A DNA stretch of 64,000 nucleotides from Candidatus Doudnabacteria bacterium (GTDB lineage Bacteria; Patescibacteriota; Doudnabacteria; UBA920; O2-02-FULL-48-8): positions 7,312-71,311 of the forward strand of contig JAHFJG010000007.1 of NCBI GenBank assembly GCA_023246005.1. Reading direction: 5' to 3'. The translations under genes were made by a program, and so were the position numbers. Of the stretch, positions 25,566 through 35,671 are shown piece after piece (within the stretch, counting starts at the first letter, position 1; each line of letters begins with the position of its first letter). The notes under the pieces are model-generated. The model did no database searches. It saw only the letters and a program-made list of their open reading frames with translations, and was not told the DNA's origin.

Positions 25566-27580
25566 GACAGGCTTCCTTGTTGAATTTCCAGCAATTCTTC
25601 GGGAATGGCTTTTAAAATTCTGGATGGAATCGAAATATTTCGCGTGCCGTATTGCTTGCGAGATGTCGCATAAACCAAATATAAATGCTTCCTAGCTCGC
25701 GTCACGCCGACATAAGCCAGCCGGATTTCTTCAGCGATTTCTTTTGGCTCAAGCAGAGATCGCGAATGCGGCAACAGTCCTTCTTCTAAACCTACCAAAA
25801 AAACCGTATCGAATTCCAGTCCTTTGGCTTGATGCAAAGTCATGAGTGTCACTTTCGGGGAATTCAGATCGACTTCATCGGCCTGCGTCATGAGCGCCAC
25901 CTCTTCCAAAAATTTGTTCAAGCCTTCTTTCCAATTCATGGCACGGAAGCTTCCCGCGACATTGAACAGTTCCTGAATATTTTCCCAGCGACTCTCCCCT
26001 TCTTCCGATCCATCGCGCAAAAAAGTCTCATAGCCTGAAAGTTTAAGAGTCTGGCGCAGCAAATCCAGAAGATTGGCGGTTTCATTAAGTTTGCTTAACA
26101 AATCCTGCATTTCAAAAAAATTCTTAATTGCTGGCCTAGCCGCGAACAATTCGGCAAGCTCTTGTTCTTTCTTTTCAAGCAACGCGTCTTTCAACAAATC
26201 AAAAGTCTTGGGTCCAATCCCCCGAGGCGGCGTATTTATTACGCGTTTTAAGCTGACTAAATCATTTCGATTAACCAACAAACGAAGATAGCTTAAGATA
26301 TCTTTAATTTCTTTTCGCTCATAAAATTTGAGTCCTCCGACAATTTGGTATGGAATACTAGCTTCAATCATAACTTCTTCCAGCACGCGCGACTGGGCAT
26401 GAGTCCGATATAGCACCGCCATGTGGTTCAGGCCGATTCGGTTTTTCAGTTTTGGCAAAATTTTTGATTTGGCTTGACGCATGATCCGACCCAAGATTGT
26501 TTCGTCATCCTCTGCCACATATTGGATTTCTTCTGTTTTTCCATCCTGATGTTCAATTATCTTGCTGGCAACAAAATAGGCTTCGGCTAATTCGTCTTCA
26601 GCCGCAAATAACAGAGGGATTTGCCCTTGTTCATTTTCAGTCCATAACCGCTTTTTGTGCTGGCGCGGGCTTAATTCAATGATTTTTTCAGCAATCGCAA
26701 GAATCGGGGCAGTAGATCGGTAATTTTGCTCTAATCTGATGATTTGGGCTGAAGGGTAGTCATCTTCAAAATCCAAAATATTCTGCAAATTAGCTCCGCG
26801 AAAACCATAAATTGCCTGGGCGTCATCCCCAACCACAAAAATATTTTTATGGGTGGCGACGAGCAATTTGGTAAACATGTATTGAACGTGGTTGGTATCC
26901 TGGTATTCATCCACCAGCAAATATTTCCAAAGCTCCTGGTATTTTTTCAAAATTTCCGGATGTGTCTGGAAAATCGTTACGGGCAAAACCAAAAGATCGC
27001 CGAAATCCACGGCATTGTTTTTTCGCAATTCGTCTTGATATTGCTCGTAGACTTGTTTAACGGTTTTTCTGAAGCGGTCGTCGTCATTGTCATAATCATC
27101 TGGTCCTTGTAAGTTATTCTTCGCCCGATCAATGATAGCCGCAAATAGCGATGGTTTGAATTTGGTCGGGTCAATTTTTAACCGCAACAAAATATCTTTC
27201 AGCAGACTTTCCTGGTCATTGTCATCATAAATTACAAAGTTGGACGCCAGTCCGGCGAGTTTCCCTTCCGCTCTCAAAATACGAACCCCGATCGAATGAA
27301 ATGTTCCCATGACTGGCATGGATGGAGACCTCTCTGTCCCTTGGTGTCGAAATCCCATTAGTTTGAAAATTCTCTGTTTCATCTCCCCGGCCGCTTTATT
27401 GGTAAAAGTCACGGCTAAAATATTTTCAGGCCTAAAGTTTAATTTTTTAATCAAATAAACTATGCGCATTGTCAACGCGCGCGTCTTGCCGCTGCCTGCG
27501 CCGGCCAAAATCAAAACCGGCCCCATGGGAGCTGTGACCGCTTCGATCTGCGCTTGATTAAGACCAAGGTTTTCTTTCAT
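25559..27580 (-). CDS. ATP-dependent DNA helicase UvrD/PcrA family
   Basis: Walker A AGAGSGKTRALT. DEYQDTN. Superfamily 1 helicase motifs throughout. Confidence 0.85.
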   Translation of the reverse strand: MKENLGLNQAQIEAVTAPMGPVLILAGAGSGKTRALTMRIVYLIKKLNFRPENILAVTFTNKAAGEMKQRIFKLMGFRHQGTERSPSMPVMGTFHSIGVRILRAEGKLAGLASNFVIYDDNDQESLLKDILLRLKIDPTKFKPSLFAAIIDRAKNNLQGPDDYDNDDDRFRKTVKQVYEQYQDELRKNNAVDFGDLLVLPVTIFQTHPEILKKYQELWKYLLVDEYQDTNHVQYMFTKLLVATHKNIFVVGDDAQAIYGFRGANLQNILDFEDDYPSAQIIRLEQNYRSTAPILAIAEKIIELSPRQHKKRLWTENEQGQIPLLFAAEDELAEAYFVASKIIEHQDGKTEEIQYVAEDDETILGRIMRQAKSKILPKLKNRIGLNHMAVLYRTHAQSRVLEEVMIEASIPYQIVGGLKFYERKEIKDILSYLRLLVNRNDLVSLKRVINTPPRGIGPKTFDLLKDALLEKKEQELAELFAARPAIKNFFEMQDLLSKLNETANLLDLLRQTLKLSGYETFLRDGSEEGESRWENIQELFNVAGSFRAMNWKEGLNKFLEEVALMTQADEVDLNSPKVTLMTLHQAKGLEFDTVFLVGLEEGLLPHSRSLLEPKEIAEEIRLAYVGVTRARKHLYLVYATSRKQYGTRNISIPSRILKAIPEELLEIQQGSLSW

Positions 27581-27843
27581 AAGCGCTTGTATTATAGCTT
27601 GTTGTTCGAATTATGAATAATGAATAAGGGATGAGGACCAGTTTCCTAATTCCTTATTCCAAATTCCTAATTCCTTTCTTGTGGATAAAGCTATTGACCA
27701 AATTAGCCTTTTTTGATAGGATTGATTGAGCGATTTATTGATGTACTGGATAGAATAGTTAAATCCAAAATTTACTTATTTACAGGAATTAAGTAGAAAT
27801 TGGCTGCATAGGAGCTCTTATTTTATCATTCAAAAAGAAGAGC

Positions 27844-29121
27844 ATGATTCAAAATTCAGATCAGCGTTCTTCTGTCTCTTTCTTCAAAAAACTTTCGGAA
27901 ATTTGGAAAACAAACAGCAAATTCACAATCCATCCTTTCAAATCCCTGCACTCACGACACCTTCTGCCTCTGTCCGTTCCTGACTATGCCGCGCGTTTTA
28001 GTTTTGAACTTGTCATATTGACAATCGCAATCTTCGCAGTAATCGTAAATTTTTCTCTTAATAATCACGCTAACCACATCTCCTCTTCTGATCAAAGCGT
28101 GATTTTTTCATTTTTAAAAAATAATCCAAACCTCAATCGCAACCTTTTAACAAATTCCGACACAACCACTATTCTTGCTCAAACCGACCAATTAATTGCC
28201 AAAGCTCAAGCTCAATCAACATTGGGAGTGGTGCTCACTTCAACTCAAATTCTAAACTCAAGACCTAACCCGACTACCATTCAAGAAGATGTAATTTTGA
28301 AAACCAATCCGGCTGATACCCAAAATACTAATCGACAAGGACTGACCAAATATGATGTTGCTCCAGGCGATACCATTACTGGCATTGCTTCAAGTTTCGG
28401 CATTTCGCCCCAAACAATCATGATGGAAAATAAGCTGAATGAAAACACAGTCTTGAAGCCAGGACAAGAACTGACCATCCTGCCGACCACAGGCATTACC
28501 TACACGCTCAAACCAAGTGACACGCTGGAATCAATTTTGAACAAATACAAAATTTCTGAAAATGATTTTCTTGATGCTAACAACATTGAATCATTCAATG
28601 ACTTGGATATCGGCAGTATTGTCGTCATCCCAATGCAGAATGTAAGTTTGCCCCAGGCGCCAAAGCCCCGATCTAAATTCGTTCTTGATGAAACTAACAA
28701 AGTAGCCTTGAAACAAGCTCTGGCGCCGGATAATCTGATTACAGGCCCAATTAGTTTTATTTGGCCAACTTCAGTTAAAAGCATTACTCAAGGATTTTCT
28801 CGCCGCCATTCTGGCATAGACATCTCTGACAGTAAAATGGAGCCAATTTACGCAGCAGCCGACGGTTTTGTCGAGATTTCAGGATATCAGGCCAATGGTT
28901 ACGGCAATACCATAGTCATTAACCATGGTGGCGGGTTTAAGACGCGTTATGGGCATGCTTCCGAGCTTTATGTCCAAGCCGGAGATTTCGTCAAAGCTGG
29001 CCAGCTGATTGCCAAACAAGGCCGCACAGGACGCGTCCGTGGAGCGACTGGAATTCACTTGCATTTTGAAATCATAAAAAATGGGATACATGTTAACCCC
29101 CTGGAATACGTCAAGCCATAA
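27844..29121 (+). CDS. LysM-domain M23 family metallopeptidase (peptidoglycan endopeptidase)
   Basis: Two LysM-like segments (YDVAPGDTITGIASSFG..., YTLKPSDTLESILNKYKIS...). M23 motifs HSGIDI...GYGNTIVINHGGGFKTRYGH...HLHFEI. Confidence 0.8.
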   Translation: MIQNSDQRSSVSFFKKLSEIWKTNSKFTIHPFKSLHSRHLLPLSVPDYAARFSFELVILTIAIFAVIVNFSLNNHANHISSSDQSVIFSFLKNNPNLNRNLLTNSDTTTILAQTDQLIAKAQAQSTLGVVLTSTQILNSRPNPTTIQEDVILKTNPADTQNTNRQGLTKYDVAPGDTITGIASSFGISPQTIMMENKLNENTVLKPGQELTILPTTGITYTLKPSDTLESILNKYKISENDFLDANNIESFNDLDIGSIVVIPMQNVSLPQAPKPRSKFVLDETNKVALKQALAPDNLITGPISFIWPTSVKSITQGFSRRHSGIDISDSKMEPIYAAADGFVEISGYQANGYGNTIVINHGGGFKTRYGHASELYVQAGDFVKAGQLIAKQGRTGRVRGATGIHLHFEIIKNGIHVNPLEYVKP

Positions 29122-29222
29122 ATCAGATAACAGTTAACAGTAAACAGATAACAGAAAACAAACCCAACATCGCATTGCTGGGTTTTATGTTATCTGATAT
29201 CTGATTTTTGTTATCTGACTCT
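29122..29222. terminator. extended imperfect palindrome with central terminator-like hairpin in a convergent gene junction; carries CAGATAACAG / CTGTTATCTG motif copies
   Basis: ATCAGATAACAGTTAACAGTAAACAGATAACAG...AACCCAACatcgcattGCTGGGTT...TGTTATCTGATATCTGATTTTTGTTATCTG. Confidence 0.5.
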
Positions 29223-29224
29223 TG

Positions 29225-31027
29225 CTACTGCACTGCTGTTCCGCGAGCATTCATGACATCATCATCAATATCACTGGTGGAGACAGAATTGATCATGTTA
29301 GTTTGAATCGGTAAATTGACAAAGGTATCAGTACCGGTTGCCTGAACATTGCCAAGTAAATTAATAAGCTTACCGCGATCTGCTTCGTTTGGCGTGACTT
29401 CAATTTGGAAACTAACTTTCAACGCAGGAATAAATTTGCCGGTAAAAGCGCCGAGAGTTCCGATGTTCCAGCGGATTTTGCCAGAATTAGGATCATAACT
29501 TAGCCGGTTTTTTTCTGAATCTGGAACAATCGCGTTTTTCCAAGCTAAAGGAGAAAGCGGCATTGAGGCCGTAACTAAAGTGTCTGACAAATCATTGCTT
29601 AAATTAGTCAAAAGAAAAGTCATTTCAAACAAAGTCGATTTCCCAACCTGCATCGGAGCAGCGCCTGACAAATAGTTGCCATTAACCGTTAAACCTAAAC
29701 TGGAAATTAATTTCAATTCTGAATTGGCGGCTTTGGTCGGCGTGGCAATTTCATCAGAAAAAATTGATCCCGAAGCGGTAATTGTTTGATTTTTAAGATT
29801 AGTCGATAAATCGCTTTTGACTGGTACTGTAAAATTAATTTCTCCTTTTTCGGTTGGAGACAAAACTGTCAGATTGCTCAATGTCGCCGATTTCCAAGTC
29901 AGAATATTGCCAGTAATAATCGCATTCTGGGCTTGAATGTGGGTTAAGTCTAACGCTGGCCCATCCAATTTGATGGTAATCACCAAATTGCTCAATCCAA
30001 TATTGCCTTGATTGGCATATTGCAAGGTATAATTAATCGTATCTCCAAGCTTCACAAAATTATTTTGTTGGGTTTTGATAATCAAAGCGACCGAAGACGG
30101 AATTATTTTAAATGTCGCGGTCGCGGCAATTTGCGGCGCAAAAGTATTATTAATCAGCTGTCCTAAATCAGCGCGCACAAGAGCGTCTTGCGATGAATCG
30201 CCGGTGAAGCTGCCTGTAATGTCAATGCTAGCTGTATTGTTAGCGCCAAGCTTGCTAATATTCCAGATATTTTTGTTTTTAGTCGGAGGTGGATTAGAAG
30301 AAGTAAAACTAAAGCCTGCTGGATAAGTCAATTGAACCGCTAAATTATCAAAATCCTGGGACGAAACGTTTGTAAAACTAACTATGAAAGTAGCGTCTTG
30401 GCCATTTACAACATCAACCGGCCCATTAACGTCCATAGTCAGATTGGGAGGTAAAATATTGGTTATCAGGCTTTGTTCTGCCAAAAATTCCGAATTAAAA
30501 TTTGATAATTTATAATGCAAACGGGCTTTAATTTCCTTACCCTCGCCAGTTGAACCTGAAAGTTTGCCGCGAATCATCACCTCGCCGTCTTGGCCTTGCT
30601 TTAAAATCGGCAAATTAAAAGTCTGGCCGGAAGAAGAAACGGCTGTCGGAGTTGCTGATTTAAATTTAAAACCAGTTGGATAAAACATTTCCAGAGAAAT
30701 TCCGACTAAGTCGGCATTTTCACCATTGCGGTAGACGATATGATACTCGGCTTCATTGTCTGAAGTTAACTGGGTTGGGCCTTTAACAAAAATCAAAACA
30801 TTAGTCGAGGTTGGGCTGGGCTGCGCGTTTGAGCGAAACAAAAAATACCAAAAAATACCAAATATAAGGATCAGCAATCCGATTGTTCCAAAAATCAATT
30901 TTGGATTTTTAAAAAATTTCTTTCCGCCAGAGACGCCCGCCTGCCCGGCCGGCAGGGATCCGCCTTCCGCGGACCAACCAGTGGGAAATTCGGCTCTAGT
31001 TTTGTCGTCTAATATTTGGTCGTTCAT
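29225..31027 (-). CDS. membrane-anchored surface protein with tandem Ig-like (DUF11/CARDB-like) repeats
   Basis: The N-terminus carries an R1-type motif (GGSLPAGQAGVSGGKK) and a TM helix, followed by several roughly 100-aa beta-rich repeats. Confidence 0.4.
   Translation of the reverse strand: MNDQILDDKTRAEFPTGWSAEGGSLPAGQAGVSGGKKFFKNPKLIFGTIGLLILIFGIFWYFLFRSNAQPSPTSTNVLIFVKGPTQLTSDNEAEYHIVYRNGENADLVGISLEMFYPTGFKFKSATPTAVSSSGQTFNLPILKQGQDGEVMIRGKLSGSTGEGKEIKARLHYKLSNFNSEFLAEQSLITNILPPNLTMDVNGPVDVVNGQDATFIVSFTNVSSQDFDNLAVQLTYPAGFSFTSSNPPPTKNKNIWNISKLGANNTASIDITGSFTGDSSQDALVRADLGQLINNTFAPQIAATATFKIIPSSVALIIKTQQNNFVKLGDTINYTLQYANQGNIGLSNLVITIKLDGPALDLTHIQAQNAIITGNILTWKSATLSNLTVLSPTEKGEINFTVPVKSDLSTNLKNQTITASGSIFSDEIATPTKAANSELKLISSLGLTVNGNYLSGAAPMQVGKSTLFEMTFLLTNLSNDLSDTLVTASMPLSPLAWKNAIVPDSEKNRLSYDPNSGKIRWNIGTLGAFTGKFIPALKVSFQIEVTPNEADRGKLINLLGNVQATGTDTFVNLPIQTNMINSVSTSDIDDDVMNARGTAVQ
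30930..30965. repeat. R1 mini-element copy (long variant) in the 5' coding region of 29225-31027
   Basis: Minus strand GGCGGATCCCTGCCGGCCGGGCAGGCGGGCGTCTCTGGCGGAAA. Confidence 0.55.
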
Positions 31028-31602
31028 CAGATTGAAATTAAGAATAATTCGGATTTAATGTTTCGCTCTAAAATATACTCAATAAACTTATTGATGGTAT
31101 GATGATTAAGCTGATCAACATCCTTCGGGATTTTAAAACCTAAGATCTCAAGTAATTCTACACAGAAGGAGTCCAGTAATCTAAAATACTGTTCCGAGTA
31201 ATTCTGACGGTCAAGGTTATAAAAAAAATCTGTCAATAAATTATAAGCCTCCGGATTCGGATGTTCGTCTGCTGTCATCTTCAGCATCAATTCTGCGGCA
31301 TAAAACGCAATCGCGGTTTTTTTAAGGTCTGTACGCAAGCTATTGAATTGCCGTACAGGCTTGGCTCCAATCAATGTTGGCAAATGCTTGCCAGCCAGAT
31401 ACAGTTCAACTTGGGCCAAATCCTGACACGCGTAATTAAGCTTGCTGGCCGGCTTGCGCAATGATTTGGCTAAAATGCGGACTTTGCCAGCTTCTTGGGT
31501 CCAGCAGCTAACTATTTGATCGGCTTCCCTGTAGTTTTGTTTCTTGAGGATTATGCCTGTGAGTTTTTTGTATTTCATCGTAAAATTTCTAACGGGATTC
31601 AT
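31027..31602 (-). CDS. recO: DNA repair protein RecO-like
   Basis: N-terminal OB-fold region KLTGIILKKQNYREADQIVSCWTQEAGKVRILAKSLRKPASKL. Length and context fit. Start overlaps the ileS stop. Confidence 0.55.
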   Translation of the reverse strand: MNPVRNFTMKYKKLTGIILKKQNYREADQIVSCWTQEAGKVRILAKSLRKPASKLNYACQDLAQVELYLAGKHLPTLIGAKPVRQFNSLRTDLKKTAIAFYAAELMLKMTADEHPNPEAYNLLTDFFYNLDRQNYSEQYFRLLDSFCVELLEILGFKIPKDVDQLNHHTINKFIEYILERNIKSELFLISI

Positions 31603-34600
31603 TATTTCTTTAAAGCAATGGTCACTTTTTTGTCGCCGATCATAATCTCTTCCCCGCCACTTAACCCCGTTTCTCCATTTATTCCCTTTATGTACGTCTT
31701 TTTTGTATCAAACAGTTCAAATGCAGCTCTTAATTCCGCGTCATCTGTATCATACGATAAATTGACCGATTCGCCAACCTTAAGTCCCGATTTTTTGCGC
31801 ATCTCTTGCACTGCTCGTTCCAGCTCGCGAGCCAGGCCTTCTTTTTTCAACTCTGGAGTAATTTCTAAATCAAATTCAAGCTTGTCCCCCAACTTAACTG
31901 CCTTAACATTCAACTCATCAGCTAAAATTTCCTCAAATTCTTTTGCTAATTTTTCTTTAGCATTATAAACAACTGACGCCAGTGGCTGTCGCAATTTTAG
32001 ATTCGAGGACTTTCTCAACGCATGACCTTGCTCGACGAGATTTCTGACTAACCGCATTTGATCCAAAACTGTTTTTTGTTCCTTGCTCAATTCTTTCTTT
32101 TCTGGCCAAGAAGCTAAATGGACTGATACCGTTTCTGTCTTATGATTCAAATTCAGGTAAATCATTTCCGACATATAAGGCATAACTGGCGCAGAGACTT
32201 TAGACAAAACCAAAAGTGCGTGCCGCAGAGTTCCAAAAAAATGGCTGTCTTTGCGGCCTCTGCTTCTTCGCAAATACCATGTTGAAAGTTCATTGATGTA
32301 ATCTTCTATCGCTCTTGTGGCTTTAACCGTGTTATACCCGTCAAGCTGATCGGTTACCTCGTTTACCAATTTTTGTATCTTAGCAACAATCCATAAATCC
32401 AAAACATTCGTTAAGTCAGGCTTGTATCCGGCCGGTTTCGGTTCCCATCCGGCTTCGTTGGCGTATGTTACGAAGTAGTTAAAGATGTTCCAAAGAATCA
32501 AAATATTTTTGCGATAAACAATTCCTAATTCTCTTTCGTTGAAATCTAAATTCTCGGCTTGCATTACTGGCGAGCTCATCAAATAGAATCTCAACGCATC
32601 AATTCCGTACTTTTCAATCACTTCCCACGGATCCGGATAATTATTTTTTGACTTGCTCATCTTGGAACCATCTTCAGCCTGAATCGTACCTGTCGTCACG
32701 ACATTTTCAAACGGCGCTTTGCCGAACAAATTGTAAGACACCACGTGCATGACATAAAACCATGCTCTGGTTTGCGCTATGTATTCGGCCACAAACTGCG
32801 CAGGAAAACGGCTTTCAAACACCTCTTTCTGGTCAAACGGATAGTGATACTCGGCAAACGGCATGCTGCCAGCCTCGACCCAAGAATCAAAGATTTCGCT
32901 GATTCTATGGGCATCTTTGCCGCATTGCTTGCACTTAATCACAATTTCATCAATGTACGGCCGGTGCAAATCAACAATGCTGACGTCCATTTCATAGGCT
33001 TCGCCGAGTTTTGGGTATTCCAGTTCTGACCCAAAATATTTCTGCAAAATAAACAATGGGTCGCCGTGGCCGACAACTAAAATCTTTTTTCCTTCATATT
33101 TTTGATTGATTTCTTGCACAAATTCAAGCATGCGCTTTTGCACATCCAGATTACTCTCCCCACCATCTGGTCCTTTTTCCCATCGGGCTTCAAACGGAAA
33201 TGCTTTCCAAAGTTCGTCGTAACTTTTGCCGTTGTAAACGCCGGTATTAAATTCGTGTAGACGGGCATCAAACTGCACTTCGACTGCCAATGCTTGGCCA
33301 ATCAACTCGGCCGTTTCTTTGGTGCGAGTGATGTCAGAAGCAAAAATTAAATCAATTCCTGCTTGTTTCAATCTACTACTTGCAGCTTCGGCTTCTTTTG
33401 TTCCCGTCGCGGTCAAAGAATACTTCTTTTTTCTCTCCGGAAAACAATCATTGATTCCAAGGATGTTGTTCTCGGCTTCGCCATGGCGAGCAAAATAAAA
33501 AGTATTTCGACTCAAACCTAATTCCTTGATCGAACCAACCACAGTGACGTGTCCATCTTCACATTTCCAAACCGGAATTGGATTACCCCAATAACGGTTG
33601 CGGGAAATGTTCCAGTCGGGCGCGGCTTCGACTGACTTTTGGTAGCGGCCGTGTTTGAGGTGGTCTGGAAACCAATTGATTTCTTTTTCATTAGTTTTCA
33701 GAAGTCCTGGCTTGATTTTTTGAATATTCATAAACCATGCGGGAATCGCATTGTAATAAAGTGTCGTGCCGCAGCGCCAACAATGCGGATAAGAATGTTT
33801 GTGCTGTTGCTTGGCAAACAATAATCCCCTGCTTTCCAAATCTTTCTTAATGACTTTTTCTGAATCTTTAAAATACATCCCGCGGATCAACTCTGGAGCC
33901 TTGTCATTGAACTTCCCTTTTTCATCAAGCAAAGGAACCACGGGCAAACCAACTTTTAAGCCCAAATTATAGTCATCTTCGCCATAAACTACGGCAGCAT
34001 GAACAATTCCTGTGCCCTCTTCTGTGTTCACAAAATCAGCAGCGTAAACTTTAAAAGATTTGTCAGTTATAACATCAGGAACTTCAAATAACGGCTCGTA
34101 TTCTAAGCCGACCAAATCCTTGCCTTTTAACTTCTCAAGCACCTCAAAACCATCGCGAGCCTGCGAAGCAGGCGTGGCGATCTTGTCTTGGATTGCCGCG
34201 TCGCCGCCATGACTTATACTTTGAGAAAAGCGGCTCCTCGCAATGGTTTCTGCAAGCCTTTCTTTTGCCAAAATATAAAACTCGTCACCAACTTTCACTT
34301 TCACATAATCAATATCTTCACCAACCGCTAGCGCCACATTGCCCGGTAAAGTCCAGGGCGTTGTTGTCCAGGCCAATAGATAAGTATTGGCGAATTGCGG
34401 ATTACGAATTGCGAATTTCACTGTCACGGTTTCTTCGGTCACTTCCTGATAACTGTTGTCCATAGCCACTTCAAAGTTGCTGATCGGCGTTTCGCACCGC
34501 GGGCAGTACAATAGCACACGCCGGCCTTCGTAAACCAATCCTTTATCGTAAATTTGTTTGAACGCCCACCAGACCGATTCCATATAGTCGCGGTCCATGG

Positions 34601-35057
34601 TTTTGTAAGAATTATCAAAATCAACCCAGCGGGCAATTCGCCGCACGGTTTTCTTCCACTCCGTGACATACTCCAAAACCATGCTCCGACAAGTTTCATT
34701 AAATTTTTTTATTCCCAGTTTTTCAATGTCTTTTTTGCCGGAAATTCCAAGTTTGCGCTCCACAATTTCTTCAATCGGCAGACCATGACAATCCCAGCCC
34801 CATCTGCGCCGGACAAACCGGCCTTTCATAGTCTGATAGCGCGGAAATAAATCTTTGACTGTGGAGCCTAAAATGTGTCCGTAGTGCGGCGTGCCGGTGG
34901 CAAACGGCGGGCCATCATAAAAAGTGTACGGTTTGCCGTTTTTGGTTTGCTCCAAAGATTTGTGAAAAATCTGATTATCTTCCCAAAACTTCAAAACCTC
35001 TTCCTCAAGCTTTGGAAAATCTGGCTTAGGATCGATTGGTTTGAATGTATTGCTCAT
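31602..35057 (-). CDS. ileS: isoleucyl-tRNA synthetase with an inserted histidine-phosphatase (PGAM-like) domain
   Basis: HIGH motif PHYGHIL and KMSKS motif KMSKSKNNY. Also WNISRNRYWGNPIPVW and a zinc-finger CxxC. About 170 extra residues (aa about 518-690) carry RHGEAENN and VVGHGDP motifs. Confidence 0.9.
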   Translation of the reverse strand: MSNTFKPIDPKPDFPKLEEEVLKFWEDNQIFHKSLEQTKNGKPYTFYDGPPFATGTPHYGHILGSTVKDLFPRYQTMKGRFVRRRWGWDCHGLPIEEIVERKLGISGKKDIEKLGIKKFNETCRSMVLEYVTEWKKTVRRIARWVDFDNSYKTMDRDYMESVWWAFKQIYDKGLVYEGRRVLLYCPRCETPISNFEVAMDNSYQEVTEETVTVKFAIRNPQFANTYLLAWTTTPWTLPGNVALAVGEDIDYVKVKVGDEFYILAKERLAETIARSRFSQSISHGGDAAIQDKIATPASQARDGFEVLEKLKGKDLVGLEYEPLFEVPDVITDKSFKVYAADFVNTEEGTGIVHAAVVYGEDDYNLGLKVGLPVVPLLDEKGKFNDKAPELIRGMYFKDSEKVIKKDLESRGLLFAKQQHKHSYPHCWRCGTTLYYNAIPAWFMNIQKIKPGLLKTNEKEINWFPDHLKHGRYQKSVEAAPDWNISRNRYWGNPIPVWKCEDGHVTVVGSIKELGLSRNTFYFARHGEAENNILGINDCFPERKKKYSLTATGTKEAEAASSRLKQAGIDLIFASDITRTKETAELIGQALAVEVQFDARLHEFNTGVYNGKSYDELWKAFPFEARWEKGPDGGESNLDVQKRMLEFVQEINQKYEGKKILVVGHGDPLFILQKYFGSELEYPKLGEAYEMDVSIVDLHRPYIDEIVIKCKQCGKDAHRISEIFDSWVEAGSMPFAEYHYPFDQKEVFESRFPAQFVAEYIAQTRAWFYVMHVVSYNLFGKAPFENVVTTGTIQAEDGSKMSKSKNNYPDPWEVIEKYGIDALRFYLMSSPVMQAENLDFNERELGIVYRKNILILWNIFNYFVTYANEAGWEPKPAGYKPDLTNVLDLWIVAKIQKLVNEVTDQLDGYNTVKATRAIEDYINELSTWYLRRSRGRKDSHFFGTLRHALLVLSKVSAPVMPYMSEMIYLNLNHKTETVSVHLASWPEKKELSKEQKTVLDQMRLVRNLVEQGHALRKSSNLKLRQPLASVVYNAKEKLAKEFEEILADELNVKAVKLGDKLEFDLEITPELKKEGLARELERAVQEMRKKSGLKVGESVNLSYDTDDAELRAAFELFDTKKTYIKGINGETGLSGGEEIMIGDKKVTIALKK

Positions 35058-35671
35058 ATTTTATTAATTTCCCAGAAACCGCCCGTTTGGTTTGGGTGAG
35101 CTCTCATTGCTTCATACATCTTCTTCATCGTAGCAATCTTCCATTTAGGCCCGCGTGTTGGATCAACAAAACGCATTGTTCCTTTTGACGGATATATTCT
35201 ATCTAAAACTACCACGTGCCCGTTATCTTTTGTCGGATCATCAGCAAGCGTTCCGTGATGAAAACACAGTAAGACATCAAAATCTTTCTTAGAAAGTTCC
35301 GATAAATATTTTTTAAAACCTGAGAAATTTTTAAAACTTCGGATTGATCTTAATTTCATCGTTAATGGAATGCCAAGTTTTTTGAAAATTTTGTCCGGCT
35401 CATATTTTTTCTCAAAAACTCTTGTGCCGTATCCTGCAATTGGACGAAAAGAATTAGCTCGTCGTTTGCCTGTACGCATTCGCCAAAAAAATCCAGCAAC
35501 TTTTTTAGGTACTGTAAGTCCTAGATAATAACCTAGTTCTTCAGCTGGAATAAGTGGAATTCCATGACGATACATTATTATTTGAATGGAAGTAGGCACA
35601 CAACAATAGGGCTGTTGCGTGAACGGAATGTATCTGCTATTTTTTGGAACTATGTCTTTCATAAAAAACAA
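35054..35671 (-). CDS. putative papain-like cysteine peptidase (C39-like fold)
   Basis: Q...C...H arrangement (FTQQPYCCVPTS ... CFHHG ... GHVVVLD). Weak call. Confidence 0.3.
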   Translation of the reverse strand: MFFMKDIVPKNSRYIPFTQQPYCCVPTSIQIIMYRHGIPLIPAEELGYYLGLTVPKKVAGFFWRMRTGKRRANSFRPIAGYGTRVFEKKYEPDKIFKKLGIPLTMKLRSIRSFKNFSGFKKYLSELSKKDFDVLLCFHHGTLADDPTKDNGHVVVLDRIYPSKGTMRFVDPTRGPKWKIATMKKMYEAMRAHPNQTGGFWEINKI

